A stretch of 64,000 nt of DNA, taken from positions 29,036 through 93,035 of the IMG/VR virus record IMGVR_UViG_3300032269_000703. One strand, written 5' to 3'. The stretch is from a virus. Lineage: Duplodnaviria > Caudoviricetes. Numbering within the stretch: the first letter of the stretch is position 1; each line of letters opens with the position of its first letter. Of this stretch, positions 1 to 6,587 are shown piece after piece. Made by a program: the position numbers and the translations under genes. Below the pieces are notes generated by a model. The model ran no database searches. It had not been told where the DNA came from and saw nothing but the letters and a program-made list of their open reading frames with translations.

Positions 1-1
1 A

Positions 2-226
2 AATAAGCCGTCTAAACTTTCAAGGCTGCATATACTCGTCCCAACTGGTAGCCGCGGGGTGAACCAAGGAGACATAGGATTTTTAGATCGTGAAGATGCT
101 GCACGAGAAGGAAGAGCTACTATGCCAGATGGTTTTAGACTAACAACTAGGAACCTACCTGCTAAATATCTGTTTACGACTGGCGATCTTAGCAGATGGA
201 CTTGGAACCCAGGAAAGACTGAATAA
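2..226 (+). CDS. C-terminal part of a degenerate ADP-ribosyltransferase-fold-like phage protein (5' truncated by window edge)
   Basis: Frame 2 open from window start: ...LHILVPTGSRGVNQGDIGFLDREDAAREG...RNLPAKYLFTTGDLSRWTWNPGKTE*. Resembles the phage ART-like pattern IYRAVP..INPGDWVT..VPAK.L.T.GD..EW.Y.P with catalytic positions altered; stop overlaps next ATG (TAATG). Confidence 0.45.
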   Translation, partial: NKPSKLSRLHILVPTGSRGVNQGDIGFLDREDAAREGRATMPDGFRLTTRNLPAKYLFTTGDLSRWTWNPGKTE

Positions 227-681
227 TGACTGAACAAGGATCCCAATTTACATGTCCACAATGTGGTACGCCGCAGTTTACTGCAGAGTTTGGTTTTGAA
301 CGCCATTATCATGAACCTAATGATGTAAAAGACCCATGTGTTTTTTGTGGTGAAAGTACTGCACCTGCTAAAGGAGCTAATTTAGGTAATTTAGACCTAG
401 GTGAACTTTTTAAAACAAATTCCTTAATAAATTCTAAGTTTGTAAATAGACTTCCGGGAACTTGGCAAGATCCAAATGACCCAAAGAAAACAATAGAAGG
501 TTATGCGTGTGCTGACTGTATGAGTTCTGATTGTAAAACATGTGGTAAGCCAGTTCGTTTAGATGAAGAAGTTGTAGATAAAAATGGAGAGTGGCACCAC
601 CATGGATGTTTAAACCCAAAAGACGCAGATGAATATTATCAAGACTGTGAATGCGATGATTGTGAAAAGTGGCGTAAATGA
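226..681 (+). CDS. Multi-Zn-finger hypothetical protein
   Basis: CPQC, CVFC, CADC, CKTC...HHHGC, CECDDC motifs; coupled start/stop. Confidence 0.75.
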   Translation: MTEQGSQFTCPQCGTPQFTAEFGFERHYHEPNDVKDPCVFCGESTAPAKGANLGNLDLGELFKTNSLINSKFVNRLPGTWQDPNDPKKTIEGYACADCMSSDCKTCGKPVRLDEEVVDKNGEWHHHGCLNPKDADEYYQDCECDDCEKWRK

Positions 682-1292
682 CAAGCTTAAGCCCAATGTT
701 TGATGATGATTATTTAAAGAATCCAGATGACTACGTAACACTCTACCGTGGTCGTGAGCACTATTGGAGCTGGGAGCTGCCTAAGACACAAGAAGACCTA
801 AAAGGTCTAGGAATGCATTGGACAACAGACCCACGTATTGCTGCTCATTTTGGTTCTGGTTGGAACGATATGGATAACGATGAGCCTAACTCTAAAGGAA
901 AAACAACAAGAACTGCTGGTGGTCACGTTGTTACAGCTAGAGTACACAAAAGCGGCATTATTGAGCGCGGAACTCCTGAATGGAATTCTTTTGCCAAACG
1001 TCACGCTATTGCAGGATTTGGAGATGAAGACCCTACAACTGAATCAAGTAATTTTGAAAAAGAAGTAACTATACGTCCAGGAACTCCACTTTATGTAACT
1101 AATGTTGTGCCTGTTAGAGAACTTGGATTAGAAGCTTCTCCTGCTTTAAGACAAGTAACTGGAGCAAAACGCAATACGCCTGTGTATGGTATTAAAGGTA
1201 AACTTAAAGGTAAAAAATGGGGACCAACATTAGTAGACAAGGCAGCTGTGGATAAAGGCGGATATGTCAAAAAAGGTAAGGGAACTGCATAA
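678..1292 (+). CDS. Putative ADP-ribosyltransferase (R-S/T-E type fold)
   Basis: VTLYRG (strand 1 Arg), HWTTDPRIAAHF (S/T-T-S-like motif), FEKEVTIRPG (ExE catalytic motif). Confidence 0.65.
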   Translation: MTSLSPMFDDDYLKNPDDYVTLYRGREHYWSWELPKTQEDLKGLGMHWTTDPRIAAHFGSGWNDMDNDEPNSKGKTTRTAGGHVVTARVHKSGIIERGTPEWNSFAKRHAIAGFGDEDPTTESSNFEKEVTIRPGTPLYVTNVVPVRELGLEASPALRQVTGAKRNTPVYGIKGKLKGKKWGPTLVDKAAVDKGGYVKKGKGTA

Positions 1293-1370
1293 TGCCAAAA
1301 TTAGGCGCAATTAGCAGCCGAAAACGATATTAGATAGATATAATAACCTTATTAAACAAAAGGATTGACT

Positions 1371-1592
1371 ATGAAGAATAAACCTGGAAATGGAAAGCAA
1401 GTACTTAAAACTGCTTTAACAGGAATGGGCACAGGTGCTATCATTGGAAGCACTATACACCCAGACAATCTTCTCTATGTAGCAGGTAGCTCTCTTCTTG
1501 GCGGTATGGCTGCTACTGGTGTTGCAGGTCTAAAAGGCGAAGGTAAGCGTAATAAGAGTTTCAATGAAGGCAAAGACAACTCTAGACGATAA
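1371..1592 (+). CDS. Small glycine-zipper membrane protein
   Basis: GMGTGAIIG / GSSLLGGMAATG hydrophobic Gly-rich helices; AAGGA SD before ATG 1371. Confidence 0.65.
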   Translation: MKNKPGNGKQVLKTALTGMGTGAIIGSTIHPDNLLYVAGSSLLGGMAATGVAGLKGEGKRNKSFNEGKDNSRR

Positions 1593-2116
1593 TGAGCCTA
1601 CACCACATTGAAGCATTAGCTACTTTAGCTAATATGCACTATATTGCTAGCCAAATACACGCGCGCACGCCTGTGAACGACGAAACAGGTAAAAGCATTG
1701 TTGATTACATGGATGATGCCACTAAGCACCTTAATCAGTCTCTACTTCATTCAAACACCGGTAATGCACAGAGTTCTTTATTTTCTTTAAGACAAACATA
1801 CCAGCACACACAGGGTGTTATGAATATGCTTTTGGAAGCAGGAGAGCACCAGATCAACGAAGCTGAAAACGGCAGAATGCTTGGAAGCGATCTTATTAAG
1901 AATATGACTGATATGAACGCATTTGTTGACCACCATGCCGCATTTTTAGACAAAGGCAAAGCGATTGTTGCTGATCAGCAAGAAAAAGGTTTAGCCCAAA
2001 AAGATTTACAAAACAACGCTAAAGATGTCATTGAGGGTATTGCAGATGACAACAACCTTTTTCTTCCAGGCAGCTGGGTAAACCGTGGCAATAACAAAGC
2101 CCCGAATGGAGAGTAA
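1592..2116 (+). CDS. Hypothetical helical His-rich protein (paralog of next gene)
   Basis: Coupled ORF; LATLANMHYIASQ matches LGHLANAHKIAVQ of 2116-2553. Confidence 0.7.
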   Translation: MSLHHIEALATLANMHYIASQIHARTPVNDETGKSIVDYMDDATKHLNQSLLHSNTGNAQSSLFSLRQTYQHTQGVMNMLLEAGEHQINEAENGRMLGSDLIKNMTDMNAFVDHHAAFLDKGKAIVADQQEKGLAQKDLQNNAKDVIEGIADDNNLFLPGSWVNRGNNKAPNGE

Positions 2117-2553
2117 TGTCACACAGTGATAATCCTTATGGCTGGGAGTCTAATGATGACTATAGCCAGCCACAGAATATAGAGCCTGTATATCAGCAAC
2201 TTTTGGGTCATCTAGCTAATGCACATAAAATTGCTGTTCAATATCCTAAATGGAGATCGCTTGGTAGACATATTCCTCGTATTGAAGCAGCTAGAGAACT
2301 TGTTAAAGAAGCGGCTATACACTCCGCATCTTTTTTGACAGGTAGAGCCGTAGGATCTTTACATGAAGCTATGGATGCAGTAACCCCTGTAATTAGCGAT
2401 TCTTATAAAGATACAATGCCTCATGACTATGACGGTGCTGTAGATCCTAGAGACCCTGCTATTAAATTCCATAATCACATGTCTGATTTCTTTTTTAAAG
2501 CACACAAAGAAACTGGTGGTTCATTACCTGGAGAAGAAGGTTGGGATAACTAA
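2116..2553 (+). CDS. Hypothetical helical His-rich protein
   Basis: Coupled ORF (TAATG both ends); similar to previous ORF. Confidence 0.7.
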   Translation: MSHSDNPYGWESNDDYSQPQNIEPVYQQLLGHLANAHKIAVQYPKWRSLGRHIPRIEAARELVKEAAIHSASFLTGRAVGSLHEAMDAVTPVISDSYKDTMPHDYDGAVDPRDPAIKFHNHMSDFFFKAHKETGGSLPGEEGWDN

Positions 2554-3266
2554 TGGCTTTTAAACCTATTAAGATTTGGGCTGGTAGAAACAGCGTTCCT
2601 ATGAGAGAAGATCTAGAAGCTTCTAATAGTGATGCCGTAGAAGCTATACGTTCCGATATTAAACAAAAGTATGGCGAAACATCTCTAAATTGGGGTTTAA
2701 AGATTCCTGAAGCTGATGCAGAGTTTCGTGCTCGTTATAATGAGCTTCCAAGTACTTATGACGCCGCTAACTTTAAACTGTTTCATAATTCTGAGCACAA
2801 GTTTGAGCCTGGTGATATTGTAAAGCCAACTATGTCAATATACCATGCTGCTGGTGAACAAGGTATGGATGATGAAGAACGCAAAGGTATGAGCAAAAAA
2901 TACCATGCTTGGGCTGCAGCAACTCCTGATTACCAAAAAACACGTGGTAGATACACTTATGAGGTAGAGCCTATTACAAAACACAGTTGGGTTCAAGAAG
3001 ATCCAGTAGGTTTTGAAAATGGCGAATTTGCTGCTCCAGAGGGTTACAGGGTCAAACAAGTAGTTTGGGATAAAGAAAAAGATTCTTGCCCTACTTGTGA
3101 AGGTAATGGAGTGCATCTTAGGGTATACCAAAACGCGTATCCATATCATCCAGAATGCACTGATTGTTTTGGAACAGGGTTGTCTACATCAAAAATTGTT
3201 GGATTACAAAAAGCCGGTCATAAGCTAGATGAAATAAAAGCATTTAAAGCTCCGATAGATTATTAA
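2553..3266 (+). CDS. Arr-like (rifampin ADP-ribosyltransferase fold) protein with C-terminal DnaJ-type Zn finger
   Basis: LFHNS..FEPGDIVKP, YTYEVEP..QEDP, GYRVKQVV parallel Arr motifs FYHGT..PGD, IYxVEP..EDDP, PLRVVGEV; CPTCEGNG...CTDCFGTG. Confidence 0.6.
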   Translation: MAFKPIKIWAGRNSVPMREDLEASNSDAVEAIRSDIKQKYGETSLNWGLKIPEADAEFRARYNELPSTYDAANFKLFHNSEHKFEPGDIVKPTMSIYHAAGEQGMDDEERKGMSKKYHAWAAATPDYQKTRGRYTYEVEPITKHSWVQEDPVGFENGEFAAPEGYRVKQVVWDKEKDSCPTCEGNGVHLRVYQNAYPYHPECTDCFGTGLSTSKIVGLQKAGHKLDEIKAFKAPIDY

Positions 3267-3269
3267 ATT

Positions 3270-3569
3270 ATGGGTAAAAGAAAAAAGCCAGTACAAAGTG
3301 AAGCAGCTGAATTAGCTGAACTACAAGAAGCTGCTAGCCAAGAGCACAATAGAAGATGTTCAGATATCTTTAATGAGTACCCTGAAGATGAACACGATAC
3401 TCTTCGCAATGATTTAATGGATCAAGCTGCTCATGATATTAATGAAGAATTTATTAAGCAGTATCCTGTATGGGCTAAAGCTTATGGACCTAAACCTCCT
3501 AAATCAATACAGTTTAAAAAAATCCAAGGAAATATTGGATTAGATATTGGAGCTAAAAAGTATGACTAA
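3270..3569 (+). CDS. Hypothetical protein
   Basis: ORF in dense operon. Confidence 0.65.
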   Translation: MGKRKKPVQSEAAELAELQEAASQEHNRRCSDIFNEYPEDEHDTLRNDLMDQAAHDINEEFIKQYPVWAKAYGPKPPKSIQFKKIQGNIGLDIGAKKYD

Positions 3570-3912
3570 TCCAGAAGAATTTGATTTTAGTCATATTAAT
3601 GAGACTAACGCTCCTAGAACAATGGGAGAGCTACACGAATTAACTGAAGGTAGACCTCTTAGTAGAGCACAATGGAATAACATTATGGAGTTAGGTCTTA
3701 AACGCACCGCTAATGAAGAAGCAAATCCACCTAAGCCTGTTCCTGAAGGAATGGCTAATCCTAATCTAGGTGATCTAGAGTCTGAAGTTGGTGCTCAAAA
3801 AGTTGGCTGCAATAACTGTGGCGAACTAATGTCTCGTGATCAGCATAAAGAAGAAGGCGGATTATGCTTTGATTGCTGGAAAACTCAACAGGAAGAGGAT
3901 AGACATGAGTAA
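3562..3912 (+). CDS. Hypothetical protein with C-terminal Zn finger
   Basis: CNNC...CFDC; ATG 3562 overlaps previous gene end. Confidence 0.65.
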   Translation: MTNPEEFDFSHINETNAPRTMGELHELTEGRPLSRAQWNNIMELGLKRTANEEANPPKPVPEGMANPNLGDLESEVGAQKVGCNNCGELMSRDQHKEEGGLCFDCWKTQQEEDRHE

Positions 3913-4210
3913 ATCACCTGCATGGCAAAGAGCAGAAGGAAAGAACCCTAAAGGCGGTCTTAATGCCAAGGGTAGAGCTTCTGCTAAAAAAGAGGGGCAT
4001 AACCTCAAAGCACCTGTAAAAAAGGGCGACAATCCTCGTAGAGCCTCTTTCTTGGCTAGAATGGCTGGCAACCCAGGTCCAGAGCGTAAACCCAATGGTG
4101 AGCCTACTAGACTGCTTTTAAGCCTAGAAGCATGGGGTGCCTCATCTAAAGCTGACGCTAGACAAAAAGCTGCTGCTATTCGTAAGCGTAATGAAGGAAA
4201 GAAGAAGTAA
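3905..4210 (+). CDS. Small basic phage protein (AWQRxEGKNPKGGLNAKGRAS family)
   Basis: GAGG SD before ATG 3905; motif recalled from aquatic phages; Lys/Arg-rich. Confidence 0.8.
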   Translation: MSKSPAWQRAEGKNPKGGLNAKGRASAKKEGHNLKAPVKKGDNPRRASFLARMAGNPGPERKPNGEPTRLLLSLEAWGASSKADARQKAAAIRKRNEGKKK

Positions 4211-4371
4211 TGGCTACTAAAAAAGTTTGGGAAAAACCAGATCCTACTAAAAAAGACAAGCCTCTAAGCAAAAAGCAAAAATCATCGGCTAAAGCTCGTG
4301 CCAAAGCTGCTGGTCGTCCATACCCTAACCTAGTAGATAACATGGCGGCTTCTAGAAAGAAAAAGAAGTAA
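4210..4371 (+). CDS. Small basic phage protein (AKARAKAAGRPYPNLVDNM family), 53 aa
   Basis: Not in ORF track; MATKKVWEKPDPTKKDKPLSKKQKSSAKARAKAAGRPYPNLVDNMAASRKKKK; TAATG coupling at both ends. Confidence 0.8.
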   Translation: MATKKVWEKPDPTKKDKPLSKKQKSSAKARAKAAGRPYPNLVDNMAASRKKKK

Positions 4372-4727
4372 TGGATGAACAAAATCTAAACGATCAGCAG
4401 TTTGGTCCTTGGAAAATGACTCCTACCATGAAGGCTGTTCATGAGTATATGAAAACTAGACATGTTGGTGTAGAAAACAGAGGCGGTATGTGGGACATTG
4501 CAGCAGCTACTGTTACAAACCATAAAAAACAGTATTTAACTAATGCTAAACATGAAGCCCACTTTGAGGCATTAAATCGTCTAATTGATAATGGAATTGT
4601 AAAAAAGAACTCTGGAGACTACCATAATGGAGATGATATCGATACTGCGTGGATTCCTGTAGAAGGTGAAAAAACTGTAAAAGAACTGTACATGGAAGAA
4701 CTTGAACATAAATTTGGCAGTCAGTAA
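4371..4727 (+). CDS. Hypothetical protein, possibly winged-helix
   Basis: WDIAAA...EALNRLIDNGIVKK pattern; N-terminal NLNDQQF motif. Confidence 0.6.
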   Translation: MDEQNLNDQQFGPWKMTPTMKAVHEYMKTRHVGVENRGGMWDIAAATVTNHKKQYLTNAKHEAHFEALNRLIDNGIVKKNSGDYHNGDDIDTAWIPVEGEKTVKELYMEELEHKFGSQ

Positions 4728-5137
4728 TGGGTAGAAATACTGCAGCATTTCAAGGTGGTCAAGGACTATCTATTGTTCATGATAAAGGACAAAAAGTATC
4801 TTTACACAAAGTTGGAGAAGGTGAGGTATCTAGTATAGATTACCATTTACCAGAACCAAATAGGGTATACATTTCTATGATGAATACTCCATGGGAGTAT
4901 GAAGGTAATGGGTATTCTTCTTACCTAGTAAACCATCTGTATAACTATTACCCAAACCACACAATAGATTTTGGCGATATTGTCCACCCAGCGGCAGAAC
5001 ACATTATGGAAAAGATGATGTCACAACATGGCAGAACAGTATACAGCACTTCGTCTAAAGACTGGACTTGCAAAGAGTGCGGAGAAGAAAATTTTTCTAG
5101 AGATATGTTACGTGAGCATGAAGAAGAGAATCACTAA
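4727..5137 (+). CDS. GNAT-like acetyltransferase with C-terminal C2H2 Zn finger
   Basis: ISMMNTPWEYEGNGYSSYLV (motif A variant); CKEC-x12-HEEENH. Confidence 0.65.
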   Translation: MGRNTAAFQGGQGLSIVHDKGQKVSLHKVGEGEVSSIDYHLPEPNRVYISMMNTPWEYEGNGYSSYLVNHLYNYYPNHTIDFGDIVHPAAEHIMEKMMSQHGRTVYSTSSKDWTCKECGEENFSRDMLREHEEENH

Positions 5138-5496
5138 TGGGTAGAAATAATGCAGACTTCCATGGTTACACTCTAGAGTTTGAGCACGCTGATACTTCTC
5201 CTGTAGAAGACTGTGATCACCACAGAGTAGATGCTTTTGATAAAGATGATGAGCATGTAGGCAGTTTAATATGGTTCACGCATGACGCGGGCGCGCGTAC
5301 CCCAGGCGCAATAGACGTAGATGTAGACCCTGAACACCAGCGTAAAGGTATAGCTACTGCTATGTACAAGTTTGCTTTACAAAAAGCTGCTGAACATAAC
5401 ATTATTAAGCCAGATCTACTTAGGTCTTCGTATGGACCTGAAGGGTATAGATGGGCTAGATCTTTAGGATTACCTAAGAAGTTTGGTGAAAGATAG
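5137..5496 (+). CDS. GNAT acetyltransferase
   Basis: VDVDPEHQRKGIATAMY (Q/RxxGxA acetyl-CoA motif). Confidence 0.8.
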   Translation: MGRNNADFHGYTLEFEHADTSPVEDCDHHRVDAFDKDDEHVGSLIWFTHDAGARTPGAIDVDVDPEHQRKGIATAMYKFALQKAAEHNIIKPDLLRSSYGPEGYRWARSLGLPKKFGER

Positions 5497-5505
5497 CATA
5501 ATCTG

Positions 5506-5514
5506 TGCTATAAT
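5506..5514 (+). promoter_or_regulatory. Extended -10 promoter (TGcTATAAT) for hsp20
   Basis: Exact TGnTATAAT in intergenic gap about 7 nt before a 5' hairpin. Confidence 0.65.
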
Positions 5515-5521
5515 CTATGTA

Positions 5522-5610
5522 GGCACGCCAATTGGGTGCCATAAACAATAGTCTGCCTTATGGGGACTTTGCCGTATGGCAGACGCTTATCTACGTCTAA
5601 GGAGTAGAAA
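5522..5610 (+). promoter_or_regulatory. Structured 5' leader of hsp20 (possible RNA thermometer or switch)
   Basis: GGCAC/GTGCC hairpin; GTCTGCC/GGCAGAC long hairpin; alternative AGACG/CGTCT versus TCTAC/GTAGA stems around the AAGGAG SD. Confidence 0.55.
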
Positions 5611-6132
5611 ATGCACATTAACGTACCAGATCCATGGGATAAACACAAAAACCCATATATTAACCCACATGATCCGTGGGATAAGAAAAAAGAGTGGGAA
5701 AAACCTGCTCCACCAAAGATTATTACAATTAATGATCTATTTCCTCGTTTAGACCGCCTTTCTATTGGTTGGTCTCCACTTCTTGATCAACTCAAGGAGA
5801 TTACTAACAACAAGCCAAGTTACCCTCCATATGACATTGTTCAGATGGATGAAGAGACAAACCTACTCAACGTAGCTGTTGCTGGGTTTACTAAGAAGGA
5901 AGTTACTGTTACTGTAAAAGATTCAGCAATTACCATCGAAGGTAAGCAGAAAGAAAAGCAACGTGGCGAAGTTGTTTACCAGGGCATTGCTACACGGGAC
6001 TTTAAGTTGTCGCTAGCAATTGCTGAATACTGGGAAGTTACTAATGCTCTAATGGAAAACGGTATGTTGACTATTCAATTCAACAAGATCCTTCCTGAAG
6101 AGCTGAAGCCAAAGGTAATTGACATTAACTAG
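5611..6132 (+). CDS. Small heat-shock protein Hsp20/IbpA family
   Basis: SYPPYDIV, VAVAGF, YQGIATRDF, A.MENGMLTI motifs; AAGGAG SD. Confidence 0.93.
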   Translation: MHINVPDPWDKHKNPYINPHDPWDKKKEWEKPAPPKIITINDLFPRLDRLSIGWSPLLDQLKEITNNKPSYPPYDIVQMDEETNLLNVAVAGFTKKEVTVTVKDSAITIEGKQKEKQRGEVVYQGIATRDFKLSLAIAEYWEVTNALMENGMLTIQFNKILPEELKPKVIDIN

Positions 6133-6147
6133 TTTTTAATGTAGACT
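6119..6147 (+). promoter_or_regulatory. Sigma70/SigA-type promoter for the ncRNA cassette
   Basis: TTGACA (6119-6124) - 17 nt - TAGACT (6142-6147); predicted start about 6154. Confidence 0.75.
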
Positions 6148-6154
6148 AGGTATA

Positions 6155-6184
6155 CCACCTGAGCACGTGGACGTAAAACTGCTC
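6155..6184 (+). ncRNA. H-type pseudoknot at 5' end of ncRNA cassette
   Basis: S1 CCAC 6155-58/GTGG 6167-70; S2 GAGCA 6161-65/TGCTC 6180-84; A-rich loop ACGTAAAAC. Confidence 0.6.
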
Positions 6185-6187
6185 TTA

Positions 6188-6267
6188 GGGCTAGAAATGG
6201 TGTCGATTGCAGAACAAAGCCGCATGTCGGAGTCTGTAAGACCGCAGTTCAATTCTGCGCTGGTCCA
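6188..6267 (+). ncRNA. ssrA: Minimal tmRNA: tRNA-like domain only, no mRNA-like domain
   Basis: Acceptor GGGCTAG/CTGGTCC with G3:U pair and discriminator A; stemless D-loop ending GTCGA; P2 TTGCAGA/TCTGTAA; GAC linker; T-arm CGCAG-TTCAATT-CTGCG; CCA not encoded. Confidence 0.8.
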
Positions 6268-6272
6268 CGCTT

Positions 6273-6324
6273 GTAGACAAAGGAGCGTTTTAGCGGTCTA
6301 CCCGTCCTAGGCAACGGAATCTCC
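6273..6324 (+). ncRNA. Nested pseudoknot-like RNA between the two tRNA-like elements
   Basis: GTAGAC/GTCTAC, GGAG/CTCC, CGT/GCG, CCGT/ACGG pairings. Confidence 0.4.
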
Positions 6325-6326
6325 AA

Positions 6327-6397
6327 GGACTGGCGTAGCCATGGGCTACGAGTCGATTCGGTAGGTAGTAGTCGGTAGTGCAAATCTACACAGTCCA
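6327..6397 (+). ncRNA. Non-canonical tRNA-like cloverleaf
   Basis: Acceptor GGACTG/CAGTCC+A; CGTAGCC/GGCTACG stem; CGATT/AGTCG stem with 11-nt loop; T-arm GTAG-TGCAAAT-CTAC. Confidence 0.55.
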
Positions 6398-6413
6398 CGC
6401 ATGGAAGGAAAAT

Positions 6414-6587
6414 ATGCCAACGTATCAATACACGTGTAAAGAGTGTGACTCTACAATTAGTCACCTCATACCTATTAATGAACCATTAATAACTCCTAAA
6501 TGCCTGTCCTGTCAACAGGAAATGGAAAGGATATTTGCCGTTCCTAGTATTACATTTCGTGGTGGTGGTTGGGGCAGTAGCCGTTGA
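6414..6587 (+). CDS. FmdB-family zinc-ribbon protein
   Basis: MPTYQYTCKEC...CLSC..MERIF..P.ITFRGGGW; GGAAGG SD. Confidence 0.88.
   Translation: MPTYQYTCKECDSTISHLIPINEPLITPKCLSCQQEMERIFAVPSITFRGGGWGSSR

Noticed and set aside
1292-1333. 13-aa ORF MPKLGAISSRKRY coupled to the ART gene
   Set aside because: Too short to support; may be a gene remnant overlapping a promoter region.
6188-6267. Ordinary tRNA-Ala, or a permuted two-piece tmRNA
   Set aside because: No D-stem or 7-nt anticodon loop; both acceptor halves are in normal order and no tag reading frame was found nearby.
6273-6324. Firm call as theta/HDV ribozyme
   Set aside because: L3 consensus, P1.1 and catalytic C not matched; kept only as a topology observation.
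6249-6464. Minus-strand 71-aa ORF and GTG-extended start (6378) of the FmdB gene
   Set aside because: They overlap the structured RNA cassette; FmdB has a proper SD and MPTY start at 6414.
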